A DNA stretch of 64,000 nt from Alphaproteobacteria bacterium (GTDB taxonomy: Bacteria; Pseudomonadota; Alphaproteobacteria; Bin95): assembly GCA_963665325.3 (NCBI GenBank), contig OZ224045.1:1504001-1568000 (forward strand), in the 5' to 3' direction. How positions within the stretch are numbered: the first letter of the stretch is position 1; each line of letters opens with the position of its first letter. This document shows, piece after piece, positions 61,488 to 64,000 of the stretch. The notes beneath the pieces were generated by a model. That model saw nothing but the letters and a program-made list of their open reading frames with translations. It did no database searches and was not told where the DNA came from. Position numbers and translations under genes: made by a program.

Positions 61488-64000
61488 TCACCGGAAGTCC
61501 CGGGACTTGGGGATCGTGCGGAGGTTGCGCGGGTGGCTTGAGGGGAAGGCGACGGGTCCGGGAGACGGCTCGCCGGCCTTGTCGGGCGTCAGCAGATCGA
61601 GCCAGCCGGTCAGGTCCTCCAGACGGTCAGCGACGACATGGACGATATCGGCGGTGCGCTGGACGCGGCCCCGGACCATCGCGACCCGCGCGCCCAGCAC
61701 CGCCTTGCGGAAGCTCTCCAGCACGCTCGGCCAGACCACGATGTTCACGACGCCGGTTTCGTCCTCCAGCGTCATGAAGATGACGCCGCTGGCGCTGCCG
61801 GGGCGTTGGCGGACCAGCACGAGGCCGGCGGCGGCCGCGCGCTGCCCGTCCCGGGCGCGGGCGATTGCCTCGGCCGCAAGCGCCCCCCGCTTGGCCAGGC
61901 GCGTGCGCAGGAAGGCAAGCGGATGCGCCCGGAGCGAGAGCCTGAGCGTGCGGTAGTCCTCGACGACCTGCTCGCCCGGCGCCATGGCGGGCAGGGCGGC
62001 CGGCGGCTCCGCCCCCTCGGCGGGACGGTCTGCGGCCTCGAAGAGGGGCAGCGACGCCGATTTCTCCAGGGCGCCCGCCTGCCAGAGCGCCCGGCGCCGG
62101 TCGAGCCCCAGGGAGCCGAAGGTGTCGGCCGCGGCCAGCATCTCGATGGCAGCGGCGCCGAGCCCGGTCCCGCGCCGAAGCGCGGCGATATCCGCCCAGG
62201 GTTCGCCGCGGGCGTCGAGGATGCGCTTCGCGTCCTCCTTGCGCAGGCCGGTGACCTGGCGCAGGCCGAGCCTGAGTGCATGGCCCCCGTCCGCCCTGCG
62301 CTCCAGGTTGTTGTCCCAGCCGCTCGCATGGACATCGACCGGGCGGACCTCGACCCCGTGCTCGCAGGCGTCCTGCACGATCTGGGCGGGGGCGTAAAAG
62401 CCCATCGGCTGCGCGTTCAGGAGCGCGCAGGCGAACACGTCGGGATGGTGGCATTTGAGCCAGGACGAGACATAGGCGAGAAGGGCGAAACTCGCGGCAT
62501 GGGATTCCGGGAAGCCGTAATCCCCGAAGCCTTCGATCTGGCGGAAGCAGCGCGCCGCGAGTTCCGGGTCGTAGCCGCGCGCAACCATGCGGCCCACCAT
62601 CCGGTCCCGGAGCCGGCCGAGCGTGCCGCGCTTGCGGAAGGTGGCCATGGCGTGGCGCAGCGCGTCGGCTTCGTCCGGGGTGAACCGGGCTGCCTCCATG
62701 GCGACGCGCATCGCCTGCTCCTGGAAGAGCGGCACGCCGAGCGTCTTCTCCAGCACCTTGCGCAGTTCGTCCGGAGGCCCGTGCTCCGGCGCCGGTGCGG
62801 GATAGATCACCTCCTCCAGCCCGTCGCGCCGGCGAAGGTAAGGATGCACCATGTCGCCCTGGATCGGACCCGGCCGCACGATGGCTACCTCGATCACCAG
62901 GTCGTAGAAAGTGCGCGGCTTGAGTCGCGGCAGCATGTTCATCTGCGCCCGGCTCTCGATCTGGAAGACACCCACCGTGTCGGCCCGGCACAGCATGTCA
63001 TAGACTTCCCTGTCTTCCGCCGGCACGGTGGCGAGCGTGAGGTCCAGGCTCTTGTGCGCGGCCAGCAGCTCGAAGGCCTTGCGGATGCAGGTCAGCATGC
63101 CGAGCCCCAGCACATCGACCTTCATCAGGCCGAGCGCTTCGAGGTCGTCTTTGTCCCACTCGATGAAGGTGCGGTCCTTCATCGCTCCGTTGCCGATGGG
63201 CACGGTCTCGTCGAGCGGGCCCCGGGTCAGCACGAAGCCGCCGACATGCTGGGAGAGGTGGCGGGGGAAGCCCTGGAGTTCGGTGGCGAGCATGACGGTC
63301 CGGCGCAGCAGCGGATCGGCAGGATCGAGCCCGGCCTCACGCAGGCGTTTTTCGGGCACTCCCTCGCGGTGCATGTCGCGGACGGCGGCGGCGAGCGCGG
63401 CGGCGGTGTCCTCCGAGAGCCCCATCGCCTTGCCCACATCGCGCACCGCGCTCCGGGCGCGGTAGGAGATGACGGTGGCCGCGATCCCGGCGCGCTCGCG
63501 CCCGTAGCGCCCGTAAATGTACTGGATCACCTCCTCGCGCCGTTCATGCTCGAAATCGACATCGATATCGGGCGGCTCGCGGCGCTCGCGGGAGACGAAG
63601 CGCTCGAACAGCAGGTCGATCCGGGCCGGATCGACAGCGGTGATGCCGAGGCAGTAGCAGACCGCCGAGTTTGCCGCGGAACCCCGCCCCTGGCAGAGGA
63701 TGCCCTCGCTGTTGGCGTAGCGCACGATGTCGTGGACGGTAAGGAAATAAGGCGCGTAGTCGAGTTCGCCGATCAGCCCGAGCTCGTGGCGGAGCGCGGC
63801 GGCGACCTTCTCCGGGATGCCTCCCGGATAGCGCCAGGCCGCGCCCTTCCAGGCGAGCGCCTCCAGATGCTGCTGCGGTGTGCTGCCGGCCGGCACAGGC
63901 TCGTCGGGATACTCGTAGGCAAGCTCATTCAGATTGAAGCTGCAAAGGGACGCCGCTTCGAGGGTGCGCGTAACGGCGTCCTCATGGCCGCGGAAGAGCC
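61488..64000 (-). CDS. dnaE2: Error-prone DNA polymerase DnaE2/ImuC; 5' part outside the window
   Basis: [42 protein letters not shown]-terminal KSRDFR. Confidence 0.96.
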   Translation of the reverse strand, partial: LFRGHEDAVTRTLEAASLCSFNLNELAYEYPDEPVPAGSTPQQHLEALAWKGAAWRYPGGIPEKVAAALRHELGLIGELDYAPYFLTVHDIVRYANSEGILCQGRGSAANSAVCYCLGITAVDPARIDLLFERFVSRERREPPDIDVDFEHERREEVIQYIYGRYGRERAGIAATVISYRARSAVRDVGKAMGLSEDTAAALAAAVRDMHREGVPEKRLREAGLDPADPLLRRTVMLATELQGFPRHLSQHVGGFVLTRGPLDETVPIGNGAMKDRTFIEWDKDDLEALGLMKVDVLGLGMLTCIRKAFELLAAHKSLDLTLATVPAEDREVYDMLCRADTVGVFQIESRAQMNMLPRLKPRTFYDLVIEVAIVRPGPIQGDMVHPYLRRRDGLEEVIYPAPAPEHGPPDELRKVLEKTLGVPLFQEQAMRVAMEAARFTPDEADALRHAMATFRKRGTLGRLRDRMVGRMVARGYDPELAARCFRQIEGFGDYGFPESHAASFALLAYVSSWLKCHHPDVFACALLNAQPMGFYAPAQIVQDACEHGVEVRPVDVHASGWDNNLERRADGGHALRLGLRQVTGLRKEDAKRILDARGEPWADIAALRRGTGLGAAAIEMLAAADTFGSLGLDRRRALWQAGALEKSASLPLFEAADRPAEGAEPPAALPAMAPGEQVVEDYRTLRLSLRAHPLAFLRTRLAKRGALAAEAIARARDGQRAAAAGLVLVRQRPGSASGVIFMTLEDETGVVNIVVWPSVLESFRKAVLGARVAMVRGRVQRTADIVHVVADRLEDLTGWLDLLTPDKAGEPSPGPVAFPSSHPRNLRTIPKSRDFR

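Noticed and set aside
52000-64000. Second copy of the tRNA-Arg 3' end defining an intact island
   Set aside because: No duplicate of cctccagggcgcgcca was found by eye in the window.

Overview
GC-rich alphaproteobacterial chromosome segment (lineage inferred from gene content and order). The dominant accessory feature is a ~22.6 kb integrative, probably mobilizable element (4071-26686). It has split a D-glutamate-cyclase-like (DUF4392) gene between two copies of ACACCG, and rejoining the copies restores the reading frame. The element carries two intact tandem tyrosine integrases, a MOBF relaxase-helicase with a triple-repeat C-terminal tail, three tandem RHH/MobC-like genes, an MmeI-like type IIL restriction-modification fusion, two GT25 glycosyltransferases plus an FkbM methyltransferase, a TAXI-TRAP transporter and several gene/IS relics. 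The backbone holds a formate dehydrogenase cluster with accessory genes, rmuC, oxidoreductases, secG-pyrG-kdsA-eno, tRNA-Arg(TCT) followed by a decayed islet (AraC regulator, autotransporter-like adhesin, nested IS ends), and dnaE2. No CRISPR array, rRNA or reverse transcriptase was seen. All family calls come from motif recognition by eye; no database searches were run.
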